Made by a program: the position numbers and the translations under genes
Shown here: piece after piece, positions 55,815-64,000 of the stretch
Layout: every line of letters starts with the position of its first letter
How positions within the stretch are numbered: the first letter of the stretch is position 1
NCBI GenBank assembly: GCA_041567315.1
Contig: JBFGCA010000005.1
Location: 10,858-74,857, forward strand
DNA from: Thermoanaerobaculia bacterium
Lineage (GTDB): Bacteria; Acidobacteriota; Thermoanaerobaculia; Multivoradales; JAHEKO01
Length of the DNA stretch: 64,000 nt
Direction: 5' to 3'
The notes under the pieces: model-generated
What the model saw: only the letters and a program-made list of their open reading frames with translations
What the model was told of the DNA's origin: nothing
The model's database searches: none

Positions 55815-57204
55815 CGCCTGCCCCGGCCTGCTCGGCCGTCGCGCGGCCCACGGCGAACAGATGATGCCGCCCGCGGACGAGCATCAGGCCGCCGCCGCGC
55901 GTCCCGGCGAGCGCCGGCGTCGCCATCAGGCGCTCGCCCATCGGGTAGGTGGCCAGGAGCCTGAACTCGGGTCCGGCCGCGACGACGAAGACCTCGCCGT
56001 CCTCGCTGGGCAGGTAGATCCGGCCGTCGGCGGCGACCGGCGAAGCCGAGAAGCCCGCCCCGCGGTGCGAGATCCGCTCGTAGTAGGCCTCCTCGCCGGT
56101 CCGCAGCCGGTAGCAGCCCAGCACCCCGTTGTTGGCGCAGACGTACAGGTAGTCGCCGTAGATGAGCGGCGTCGGCATGTAGGAGCCGCGGCCTTCGCTC
56201 CGCCACAGGACGAAGCTGCTCGAGGTCGCCCCCTCCGGCAGGGTGATGTCGCCGCGCGCGCCGCGCCGCAGGACGAAGAGCGGTTTCTCGGGTCGCCGGC
56301 CGCTGGCCACGACGATCAACTCGCCGCTGTAGACCGGGGTCGGGGCGGTGATCTTGGAGCTGCCGCCCAGCCGCCACAGCTCGCGGCCCGAGGCCGGGTC
56401 GTAGCCGCGGATGAAGTTGGCGCCGTTGGTCACCAGCTCGGGCCGCTCGGGGTGCGGGTAGATGGTGGGCGTCCCCCACGACGGCAGCTCGTCGCGCCCG
56501 GTCCGCCAGACGGTCTCGCCGGTCGCCGCGTCGAGCGCGATCAGGAAGTCCTCGCCCTGGGTGTCGCACTGCAGGATGACCATCCCGTTCCACAGGATCG
56601 GCGAGCTGGCGGACCCCCACTCGTAGTCCGGCACGTCGTAGGCGCCGGCGTCGAGCCGCCCGAGGTCGCGGTGCCAGAGCCGGTCGCCGTCGACCGAGTA
56701 GCCGAACACCCCCTCGGAGCCGAAGAAGGCGACCACCACCCGGCCGTCGGTGGCCGGCGTCGAGTTGGCGTAGGTCGCCTTGATGTGGCGCTTGTCGCGC
56801 GGCACCCCGCGGTGGGCCTCGCGCTCCCAGACCACCCGGCCGGTGGCGAGGTCGAGCGCCAGCAGCAGCCAGCGCTGCTCCGAGCGGTCGGCCGAGGCGG
56901 TGCCCTCGCCGTAGAGCCCCTCCTTGAAATCGGCGTCGGCGCGCGAGCTGACCGCGGTGGTCACGAACACCCGATCGCCCCACACCACCGGGCTCGAGTG
57001 GGCGAGCCCGGGGATCGGCGTCTTCCAGCGGACGTTCTCGCCCGTCGTCCCGTCCCAGCGCTCGGGCAGGTCCAGCCCGTCGGCCACCCCCGAGGCGCCG
57101 GGGCCGCGGAACGATGGCCAGTCGGCGGCCAGCGCCGGCCACGCCATGGCGGCGACGAGGAGCGCCAGCCAGGCGAAGCGAGGGGTCGGGGATCGTCGGA
57201 ACAT
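55804..57204 (-). CDS. PQQ-like beta-propeller repeat protein (outer-membrane-assembly BamB-like fold), secreted
   Basis: ATG at 57204 (arithmetic). Signal peptide [27 protein letters not shown]. Repeated W/G-containing blades ([30 protein letters not shown], ...). Confidence 0.7.
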
Positions 57205-57344
57205 GGGAAGGCGCCGGCCGTGCTGAATCGCGCATTCTACCCGGCCCTCTGGGCGGGTTAGCCTCGTCGGCCAAGAGCCGGGGACGGAGCGCAGCGGTGA
57301 TCGGCGCGGTCCCCGGGGGCCCCGGGGGCTGTCCGCCCAGCGCA

Positions 57345-58334
57345 ATGTTCCTTCTCGGAGAACTACTGCTGCTCTTCCTGGCGCCGCCGCCGGTCTGCGG
57401 CACCGACCCGGGTGAGGCCGAGCGGCGGGCGCTGCTGGCCGAGGCCAACCGGCTGCGGGTCGTCGAGGGCCTGCTGCCGGTGCGGCCCCACCCGGCTCTC
57501 TGTCAGGTGGCCCGCGACCGTGCCCTCGAGGTCGCTGCCAGCGGCGAGCTGGAGCCCAGCGTGTCGGCCCTCCAGGCCCTCACCCGCGCCGTCTACCGCC
57601 AGGGCTACCGGCCCCACGCCTGGCGCGAGAGCAGTCTGTTGACCGAGGCGAGTGCCGGCGAGGCGAAGGCCGTCGACCGGGATGCCGACGACGGGGATGC
57701 CGACGACGGGCGCGTCGCCGGCCGGGGAGCCGACCGCTGGCCAGCTCGCAGCCGGGGCCCCGCGCTTCTGGGGCGCTGGCTGGTGGTCCAGCCCTCGCTG
57801 CGCGAGCTGCTGCTGGGCGACTTCGAGGACGCGGGCGTCGCCTTCGTCAGCGCCGGGGGCGGCGCCGCCGCAAGCCTGGTGGTGGGCCTTCCCAAGCTCA
57901 CCTGGGAGCGCCGGCTGGCGGCGCCGCTGGCCGATCTGGAGGCGGTCCGCCGGGCGGCGCTGGCGGCGGCCAATGCACGCCGTCGCGCCGCCGGCCGCGG
58001 TCCGCTGCGGGCCGACCCGCGGCTCGACCGCGCGGCCCAGGCCCACGCCGAGGACATGGTCCGCCGCGGCTTCTACGCGCACCGCGGCCCGGAGGGGTCG
58101 AGCCCCCTGGTCCGTGCACGCCGCGCCGGCTACCGGGGCGTCGGAGCGGTGGGCGAGAACATCGCCAAGGGCCTGTTCACGCCCAAGGAGGCGGTGGAGC
58201 GCTGGATGAACAGCAGCGGCCACCGCCGCAACCTGCTGCGCCGCGGCGCCACCGCGACCGGCTTCGGGGTGGCGGTGGGCGACGACGGGCGCGAGGTCGA
58301 GGTGGTCTGGGTACAGCTCGTTGCCGGCGGCTAG
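57345..58334 (+). CDS. CAP domain (SCP/PR-1-like) secreted protein
   Basis: ATG at 57345 with a hydrophobic signal. C-terminal CAP domain motifs ([37 protein letters not shown]). Confidence 0.65.
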   Translation: MFLLGELLLLFLAPPPVCGTDPGEAERRALLAEANRLRVVEGLLPVRPHPALCQVARDRALEVAASGELEPSVSALQALTRAVYRQGYRPHAWRESSLLTEASAGEAKAVDRDADDGDADDGRVAGRGADRWPARSRGPALLGRWLVVQPSLRELLLGDFEDAGVAFVSAGGGAAASLVVGLPKLTWERRLAAPLADLEAVRRAALAAANARRRAAGRGPLRADPRLDRAAQAHAEDMVRRGFYAHRGPEGSSPLVRARRAGYRGVGAVGENIAKGLFTPKEAVERWMNSSGHRRNLLRRGATATGFGVAVGDDGREVEVVWVQLVAGG

Positions 58335-58350
58335 TACAGGCCACTAGTGG
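58333..58350. repeat. Third copy of the TACAGGCCACTAG motif, here as the perfect palindrome GGCCACTAGTGGCC, overlapping the lipase gene start
   Basis: Sequence agtacaggccactagtggcc. Shares 15/17 nt with the copies at 14254-14270 and 14403-14419. Confidence 0.55.
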
Positions 58351-60257
58351 CCGTCGACTACACTTTCGGTCCGTTGGTGCCGCTTTCGCGCGTCGTTCCC
58401 ACCCTGGCCCTGGCGGCGATCTTCGCCGCCTGCGTCTCACCGGTCCGCATCAAGACGGTCGCCGCCCCCGAGGCGCCGGTCGCGCCGCCGCTCGGCGAGG
58501 GCCTGAGCGAGAGCTCGCTCCAGACCCTGCGTCTGCTGGGCCTCGAAGAGCGGCTGGAGTCCCACCCGGTCGAGGTGGTGGCGGTGCTCCACGGGCTGGG
58601 ACGCCACGGGCCGGACGGCGGCGGACTGGCCGTGGTCGAGGCCGAGATGCTGTCGCTGCTCGCCCACGCGACCGAGGGCCGCGACGCCGAGCGCGCCGCC
58701 GACCTCCACCTGCTGACCGTCGTCCGGGCGTGGGAGTTCCTGTTCGGGGGCCGGCCCGACGACCCGGCGCGGGCCTTCGACCCTCGCGTCCACCGGGCGC
58801 GCGAGCTGTACAACCACGCGCTGGGCTCCTACCTGCTGTATCTCAAGACGAGCGGCCGGGGCCTGGTCGGGCACGAGCGCGAGACGATGTTCGGGACCTA
58901 TCGGGTGCGGATCGCGGGCGGCGGAGAAGGCGTCGACCCGGCCTCCTGCGAGGACCTGCTGGTGTCGCGCGCCGTCGAGGTCCGCGGGCTCCGCAACCGC
59001 TACCGCCGCGACGGTCTGGGGGCGGCGCTGGTCACCTTCCGAGAGAACGCCGGCGGCGGCCCGCTGGACCGCTTCCTGCCGCCCGAGGGGATCGTCGGCG
59101 CCGCCACCGCGCTGCTCCGGGTCGAGCCGCGCTCCGGCCCCTCCGCCGAGCCCGTCGAGCTGACCCTGTCCTTCTACGACCCCCGCCGCGCCGAGACGGT
59201 CGAGCAGGGTGGCCTCGAGGTGCCGCTCGACGCCGACCTGACCACCCCCTTCGCCTACCTGGCGAGCCTCACCGACCACGGCCGGCTGGCTCTCCAGGGG
59301 CTGCTGGTGCCCGGCCGCGAGCCCCGCGAGGGCCTCTCCCTGCTCGAGCCCTACGACCCCGGGAAGATCCCGGTGGTCATGATCCACGGCCTGCGCTCGA
59401 GCCCGCTCGCCTGGATGGAGCTCACCAACGACCTGGCCGGCCACCCCGAGCTCGGGCGGCGCTACCAGATCTGGCACTACGCCTATCCCACCGGGCTGCC
59501 CTATCTGTTCTCGGGACTTACCCTGCGGCGGGCGCTCGAGGAGGTGCGCGCCGCGCTCGACCCCGAGGGCGACGACCCCGCCAGCGCCGGCATCGTGGTC
59601 GTGGCCCACAGCATGGGCGGGCTGCTGGCCCGCACCCTGATCTCGGACAGTGGCCTGACCCTCTGGAACGCCGCCTTCCGGGTGCCGCCCGGTGCGCTCG
59701 CCGGCTCGGCGGCGGACATCGCCTGGCTCGAGGAGATGTTCGTCTTCAAGCCGCTGCCCTTCGTCCGGCGGGTGGTCTTCATCTCGACCCCGCACCGCGG
59801 CAGCGCCACCGCCGAGGGGATCATCGGCCGGCTGAGCGCCAGCCTGGTCGAGCTGCCCGAGGAGGCGCTCCTCGACCGCGTCCGCCGCCTGCTCGAGCCC
59901 AATCGCGAAGCGGTCCAGCCCGATCTGCTCAAGATCCTGGAGAAGGGCCGGATGACCAGCATCCGGGCGCTGCGGCCGGACAGTCCGATCCTGGCGGCGC
60001 TGAACACCATTCCCATCGCCCGAGGCGTCCGCTACCACACCATCCTCGGCGACCGCGGCCGCGGCGACGCGGATCCGGTCTCCGACGGCTTCGTCACCCT
60101 GGAGAGCGCGCGGCTCGGCGGCGCTGCCTCCGAGCGCCTGGTCCCCTCGGGTCACGCCGCCTACGCCCACCCGGCGGCCATCTTCGAGATCCAGCGCATC
60201 CTCCGCGAGCACCTGGCGGAGATCGAGCTGGCGGGCTCTTCCGCCGCTCAGGAGTAG
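58347..60257 (+). CDS. Alpha/beta hydrolase lipoprotein (lipase/esterase-like, GxSxG nucleophile elbow)
   Basis: GTG start. Lipobox-like AAIFAAC. VVMIHGLRSSPLAW, VVAHSMGG (GxSxG), and a later His candidate. Confidence 0.65.
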   Translation: MAVDYTFGPLVPLSRVVPTLALAAIFAACVSPVRIKTVAAPEAPVAPPLGEGLSESSLQTLRLLGLEERLESHPVEVVAVLHGLGRHGPDGGGLAVVEAEMLSLLAHATEGRDAERAADLHLLTVVRAWEFLFGGRPDDPARAFDPRVHRARELYNHALGSYLLYLKTSGRGLVGHERETMFGTYRVRIAGGGEGVDPASCEDLLVSRAVEVRGLRNRYRRDGLGAALVTFRENAGGGPLDRFLPPEGIVGAATALLRVEPRSGPSAEPVELTLSFYDPRRAETVEQGGLEVPLDADLTTPFAYLASLTDHGRLALQGLLVPGREPREGLSLLEPYDPGKIPVVMIHGLRSSPLAWMELTNDLAGHPELGRRYQIWHYAYPTGLPYLFSGLTLRRALEEVRAALDPEGDDPASAGIVVVAHSMGGLLARTLISDSGLTLWNAAFRVPPGALAGSAADIAWLEEMFVFKPLPFVRRVVFISTPHRGSATAEGIIGRLSASLVELPEEALLDRVRRLLEPNREAVQPDLLKILEKGRMTSIRALRPDSPILAALNTIPIARGVRYHTILGDRGRGDADPVSDGFVTLESARLGGAASERLVPSGHAAYAHPAAIFEIQRILREHLAEIELAGSSAAQE

Positions 60258-61591
60258 GCGACGCCGCGGTGGGGCGGCAGGTAGAAGTCGGGCAGCAGGC
60301 GATCGACCCGCAGCAGGCCGGCCCGGGTCAACCGGATGGCGGCGCCGTCCACCGTCGCCCAGCCGCGGGCCGCCAGCCGGGCGAGCGGCGCGGCGAACGC
60401 CTCGGTCACGTCGACGCCGAACTTGGCGCCCAGCGCCCGCACGTCCACCTCGCCCAGCTTGAGCTGGAGCACCAGCTCGCGCACCAGCCGCTCTCGCGGC
60501 GACAGGGCGTAGGCGCGGCCCAGCGGCAGCCGGCCCGCCTCGAGGCTGTCGAGATAGCTGCCCAGCTCGGCCAGGTTCTGCTGGTGGATGCCGTCGAGGT
60601 AGGAGAAGGACGAGACCCCCACCCCCAGCAGATCGGCGCCCCGGTACTGCGCATCCTGGTAGGCGAACGGATGGCGGGCCGGGTCGCGCACCGCCGCGTA
60701 GCCGCTCCGCACCACGTAGCCGGCCGCCTCGAGCCGCGCGAAGCCGCCCTCCAGCCGGGCGCGCTTGGCCGACCAGTCGGGCAGCGGGGCGGTCAGCCGG
60801 CCGTTGCCCAGGGCGCGGAAGAGCGGCGTGTTGTGCGGGATCTCGAGCAGATAGATGGTCACGCACTCGGGCTCGAGCTCGAGGACCCGCCCGAGGCTGT
60901 CGAAGAACGACCGGTCGGTCTCGCCCAGGAGCCCGGCGATGAGATCGACGTTGACCACCGGGAAGCCGGTCCGGCGGATCGCCGTCCACGCCCGCTCGAC
61001 GTCGGCCACCCGGTGGATCCGCCGGTTGAGCTCCAGCACCCGGTCGTCGAGCTGCTGGACGCCGAGGCTGACCCGGGTCACGCCGTGCTCGCGGAGGACG
61101 GCGAGCTTGGCCGCGGTCACCGTCTTGGGCGCGCACTCGACGGTCACCTCCGAGGGCGCCCAGCACAGCCGGTGGCGGAGCCCGCCGAGCAGCCGGTCGA
61201 GCTGCGGCGCGGTCAGCATCGTGGGCGTGCCGCCGCCCACGTAGGCGAAGGTCACCGGCCGGGCGGCCAGCGCCGGCGCCGCGGCGTAGAGCTCGATCTC
61301 ACGGAGCATCGCCTCCAGGTAGCGGTCGATCTCCGCGCCGCGGTCGTCGTAGCACAGGTAGTAGCAGTAGTCGCAGCGCTTGACGCAGAACGGCACGTGG
61401 ACGTAGAGCCCGAGCCCCAGCTCGCCGGCCGCGCCGGGGGCCTCCTCGAGCCGCCCGCGGAACGCCGGCACCGCCTCCGCCCGCCAGCACGAGAACGGCG
61501 GATAGGCCGAGACGAAGTAGCTGCCGACCGGCGGCTCGGGCTCGTCGGGCAGGACCTCGAGCTTGCGCGACGATGCCGTTCCTCGAGCCAT
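60248..61591 (-). CDS. Radical SAM protein, HemN/HemW-like (coproporphyrinogen III oxidase family; heme chaperone HemW or a class C radical-SAM enzyme)
   Basis: Start MARGTASS... (in frame at ~61591; my line-count coordinates are 1 nt off here). CxxxCxxC in LYVHVPFCVKRCDYCYY; GGGTPTML; HemN_C-like C-terminal domain. 447 aa. Confidence 0.7.
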   Translation of the reverse strand: MARGTASSRKLEVLPDEPEPPVGSYFVSAYPPFSCWRAEAVPAFRGRLEEAPGAAGELGLGLYVHVPFCVKRCDYCYYLCYDDRGAEIDRYLEAMLREIELYAAAPALAARPVTFAYVGGGTPTMLTAPQLDRLLGGLRHRLCWAPSEVTVECAPKTVTAAKLAVLREHGVTRVSLGVQQLDDRVLELNRRIHRVADVERAWTAIRRTGFPVVNVDLIAGLLGETDRSFFDSLGRVLELEPECVTIYLLEIPHNTPLFRALGNGRLTAPLPDWSAKRARLEGGFARLEAAGYVVRSGYAAVRDPARHPFAYQDAQYRGADLLGVGVSSFSYLDGIHQQNLAELGSYLDSLEAGRLPLGRAYALSPRERLVRELVLQLKLGEVDVRALGAKFGVDVTEAFAAPLARLAARGWATVDGAAIRLTRAGLLRVDRLLPDFYLPPHRGVAYS

Positions 61592-61704
61592 CGGTCCCGC
61601 CCCGACCGGCCCGGCCTCTCGCCTGCCGAGGCGCGGCGCGGAGGCGATCGACGGTAGCAGCCGCGGGGCAGCCGGCGCGCCGCCCGTTGGGGCGGGATTG
61701 CCTA

Positions 61705-61734
61705 TTGAAGCGGGCCGGCACCGGGCGTATAGTC
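61705..61734 (+). promoter_or_regulatory. Near-consensus sigma70-type promoter TTGAAG-N17-TATAGT flanked by a GGGGCGG / CCGCCGCCCC inverted repeat, ~30 nt upstream of the small ORF
   Basis: Sequence ttggggcgggattgccTATTGAAGcgggccggcaccgggcgTATAGTccgccgccccatgagataAGGAGGaaccaaccATG. The -35 and -10 are separated by exactly 17 nt. The strongest promoter-like sequence seen in the window. Confidence 0.55.
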
Positions 61735-61765
61735 CGCCGCCCCATGAGATAAGGAGGAACCAACC

Positions 61766-62053
61766 ATGGGACACAGAAGCCTGGTGACCAAGATCGGCGC
61801 GCTCCAGCTCAACACGGCGGGGCTGCTCTCGCTGTTGGGCGGAGACGAGGAAGACCGGAACCGCTTCCTGGAGATCTACCGGGGGATCACGACCCCGGCC
61901 CAGTGGCGGGTCATCGAGAACTTCTTCGAGTCCATGAACGCGGAGGTCGAGGGCCTGCAGCGCAACCTCAAGGCCCTCAACGGTCTGGCCAAGGACATCA
62001 AGACCCCGACGGCGGCCCCGGTCGCCAAGCCGGCGCTGCGGGCGGCCAAGTAG
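61766..62053 (+). CDS. Small hypothetical protein (95 aa) with a consensus promoter and strong Shine-Dalgarno, immediately upstream of a YcaO gene; candidate RiPP precursor or accessory protein
   Basis: ATG 6 nt after AAGGAGG. MGHRSLVTKIGALQLNTAGLLSLLGGDEEDRNRFLEIYRGITTPAQWRVIENFFESMNAEVEGLQRNLKALNGLAKDIKTPTAAPVAKPALRAAK. No recognised domain. Confidence 0.55.
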   Translation: MGHRSLVTKIGALQLNTAGLLSLLGGDEEDRNRFLEIYRGITTPAQWRVIENFFESMNAEVEGLQRNLKALNGLAKDIKTPTAAPVAKPALRAAK

Positions 62054-62180
62054 TCCGGGCCTTCCGGCACCGCAACTGAGTCGACAGTCCGCAAGACCCG
62101 CGAGGGAGCGCCGGGTGCAGCCAGCGAGCCGCGCCCGGCGCTCCCCCGGCGGCATCTCCGGTGCTCTCCTCATCCTCGGC

Positions 62181-64000
62181 GTGGGACCGGACGATCCTCT
62201 GGCGGCGCGGCTTGCAAGCGCCGCGGAGGGGGCAGTTCGCTTCCTGCCCGAGTGGCCGGATCTTCACGAAGCCGCGGAGAATGCGAACGCCGGTACGCTG
62301 CAACTCCCGGATGGGCTGCTGGGAGGCGCGGGTCGCCAGCCGGAAGACCCCGTAGGAGGCGCCTTTCGGGTAGCCGTGGGCTTCTTCCAGGTAGAGGAGC
62401 CTGCGCCACAGTCCGCGTTCGCGCAGTGGCCGCGCGACGCGGACCTGGCGACCCTCCCCGTGGTGCTGGAGCCGGGCGGGGCGCGGATCGGACCGCTCGC
62501 GTTACCTGGTCGGGTAGGGTGCGGCCACTGCGCGCTACGGCGCATGGCCGCGGCGGCTAGCGCGCACGGCTTGATCGCCGGGGGAGTGTCCCTCGGCGAG
62601 GTCGAGCCGGCCGACGGCGGCGGTGCCGTCGGGCAAGAGCCCTCGGCCGGTCCCGGGTCGTCGCGGGGCGAGGTCGAGCCGTCACCGAGCGGGCGAAGGG
62701 CAAGTCGAGGTGCTGTCGGTTCCGTGGCGGCCGCCGGGCCGTCTCGGGGTCGCGGCGTCGAGCGACGGTGGCGTGCGATTCCGGCAGGGGGCGCGAGGCT
62801 GGAGCGCGAGATCCGGACGATCCTGCGCCGCGGCCCGCAGGCATCGCCCCTGCTCGATCACGTGCTGCTGATCGACTCGAGCGGTCAGTCGGCTCTCCAC
62901 CGCGTGATTCCCCTGCCGCAGTGCCCCGTCTGCGGCGGTGCGGTGGAGCTGCCGCCTTCCACGGCGCCTCGAGCCGACGAGCTCTCGCTGGACGACCCAC
63001 CGGAAACCGTGCTCGCTGCGCTCGCCGGCTGGGTGGACCCGCTGACCGGCGTCATCCCCGCGGTGTTCGTCGAGCCGCCGGTCGAGGGCGGCGCGGGCCT
63101 GCCGATCGTCGCCACCGCCGCCCCTCCGCACACGGTCGGCGCGGACGGCGCGCTGCGCCCGCTGCCGCTCGGCTGGGGCAAGGGTCTGACCCTCTCCGGC
63201 GCCCTCCTCTCGGCCGTCGGCGAGGCGATCGAGCGCTACGCCCCTTCGCTGCCCGACCCGGCGCGGATCGTCTGGAGCCGTCCCGACGACCTCGAAGGCG
63301 ACCGCCTCGATCCCCGCGAGTTCGCGCTCTACACCGGCGAGCAGTACGCCCGCGACGGCTTCCCCTACGTCCGCTTCGACCCGGCCGTGCGCCACCCCTG
63401 GGTGCGCGGCTGGTGGCTCAGTGGGGGGTCCGAAACGCTACCCAGCGAGCCCTCCGCGAGCTTCGTCCGCGGGCTCAGCGACGGCTCCAACGTGGTACCC
63501 ACCGGCAGCGCCCCGGTCTGGGTCCCCGCCATCTTCGCCTACCTCGCCCTCGACCTCGGCCGCGAGCACCTCGTCTGCCAGGGCACCTCCAACGGCCTCG
63601 CCGCCTCGACCAGCCTCGAAGACGCCGCCCTCCGCGCCATCCTCGAGCTGCTCGAGCGCGACGCCTTCATGACCGCCTGGCTGACCGGCACCCCCGGCCG
63701 CCGGATCGCCATCGACGACGCCCTCGACCCCGCGCTCCGCCGCGTCCTCGCCGCCCTCGAGTCCCTCGCCGCCGCCGTCGAGCTCTACCTGCTCCCGACC
63801 AGCGTCTGTGCGACCACGGCCCTCGCTCTCGCACTCGGCGACGGCCACCGCTGGCCCGGCGTCACCCTCGGCCTCGGCGCCGACCTCGACCCCCACCAGG
63901 CCGTCCGCCAGGCCGTCCTCGAGCTCGGCCAGACCGGCCCCTACCTCCGCGACCTGATGCGCTCCGGCGCCCTGCCCCGACAGGCGGCGCGCCGGGCGCG
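62181..64000 (+). CDS. Fused E1-like (ThiF/ocin-type, zinc CxxC...CPxCGG) + YcaO domain protein: PatD/TruD-type azoline-forming cyclodehydratase candidate, 3' end beyond the window
   Basis: Not in the ORF track (no stop before the window end). Frame 0 is open from 61938. GTG candidates at 62115 and 62181. Translation: ...LLILGVGPDDPLAARL...GRVGCGHCALRR...(low-complexity insert with a duplicated GEVEP)...LLDHVLLIDSSGQSALHRVIPLPQCPVCGG...PLPLGWGKGLTLSGALLSAVGEAIERYAP...GTSNGLAASTSLEDAALRAILELLERDAF.... Compare PatD: GCWHCLAQRL / RPQCPTCGD / GKGKT...LCEAIERYSG / SNGNAAGNTLEEAILQGFMELVERDS. Confidence 0.75.
   Translation, partial: MGPDDPLAARLASAAEGAVRFLPEWPDLHEAAENANAGTLQLPDGLLGGAGRQPEDPVGGAFRVAVGFFQVEEPAPQSAFAQWPRDADLATLPVVLEPGGARIGPLALPGRVGCGHCALRRMAAAASAHGLIAGGVSLGEVEPADGGGAVGQEPSAGPGSSRGEVEPSPSGRRASRGAVGSVAAAGPSRGRGVERRWRAIPAGGARLEREIRTILRRGPQASPLLDHVLLIDSSGQSALHRVIPLPQCPVCGGAVELPPSTAPRADELSLDDPPETVLAALAGWVDPLTGVIPAVFVEPPVEGGAGLPIVATAAPPHTVGADGALRPLPLGWGKGLTLSGALLSAVGEAIERYAPSLPDPARIVWSRPDDLEGDRLDPREFALYTGEQYARDGFPYVRFDPAVRHPWVRGWWLSGGSETLPSEPSASFVRGLSDGSNVVPTGSAPVWVPAIFAYLALDLGREHLVCQGTSNGLAASTSLEDAALRAILELLERDAFMTAWLTGTPGRRIAIDDALDPALRRVLAALESLAAAVELYLLPTSVCATTALALALGDGHRWPGVTLGLGADLDPHQAVRQAVLELGQTGPYLRDLMRSGALPRQAARRA

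Noticed and set aside
61299-61763. 154-aa minus-strand ORF with a TTG start
   Set aside because: It overlaps the radical SAM N-terminus and the strong plus-strand promoter/RBS region; Arg/Gly-rich with no signals.

Overview
This is a high-GC (~70%+) bacterial chromosomal segment, gene-dense on both strands. I call about 55 protein-coding genes and found no rRNA, tRNA, CRISPR array, transposase or integrase. The gene content (Oar-like TonB-dependent receptors, CRTAC1/ASPIC-UnbV proteins, a DUF885 protein, ECF sigma/anti-sigma pairs, many lipoproteins) suggests an Acidobacteriota-, Gemmatimonadota- or Myxococcota-like soil organism; that is an inference, not a taxonomic call. Method caveats: the ORF track prints GTG/TTG starts as M, so I re-derived starts by codon arithmetic and by looking for Shine-Dalgarno sequences. 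Many long Arg/Pro/Ala/Gly-rich ORFs are antisense artefacts of the GC content and were discarded. Coordinates for motifs located by line counting may be off by 1 nt. Main annotated content, left to right: CRTAC1 C-terminus, DUF1569, PilZ, adenosine deaminase, a DPP3-like Zn peptidase, a TPR lipoprotein; a FecI/FecR/TonB-dependent transducer cell-surface signalling module; a secreted protein, a second CRTAC1 lipoprotein and an Oar-like TonB-dependent receptor; a run of secreted hydrolases (dienelactone hydrolase, S8 peptidase, DUF885, a glycoside-hydrolase-like protein with lower GC); a YefM-YoeB toxin-antitoxin pair; a HEXXH-motif protein with an adjacent small tandem-repeat protein; a VapBC toxin-antitoxin pair; a molybdopterin oxidoreductase; an AraC-MGMT fusion; a second ECF sigma/anti-sigma pair; NfeD-flotillin; a GNAT-cNMP fusion; ArfB; OmpA/BON plus a coiled-coil protein; PlsC-Lgt; two unusual Rieske-domain fusions (to a glutamate-synthase-like FMN domain and to a TPP enzyme) flanking a metal ABC transporter; an aminotransferase, a PQQ beta-propeller, a CAP-domain protein and a lipase. 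Most notable: at the right edge (61.6-64.0 kb) a near-consensus sigma70 promoter and strong RBS drive a 95-aa ORF, followed by a long open frame that lacks an ORF-track entry because it runs off the window. That frame has the PatD/TruD-type signature of a fused E1-like/YcaO cyclodehydratase (CxxC...CPxCGG, GWGKG...GEAIERY, GTSNGLAAS...LELLERD), i.e. a candidate azoline/TOMM-type RiPP locus, with a HemN-like radical SAM gene divergent from it. A second candidate modification pair is a 91-aa tandem-repeat protein directly upstream of the HEXXH-motif protein (24.8-26.0 kb). Several unexplained non-coding structures are also reported (a ~147-nt hairpin upstream of an ECF sigma gene; a 17-bp motif present three times in lipoprotein gene leaders).
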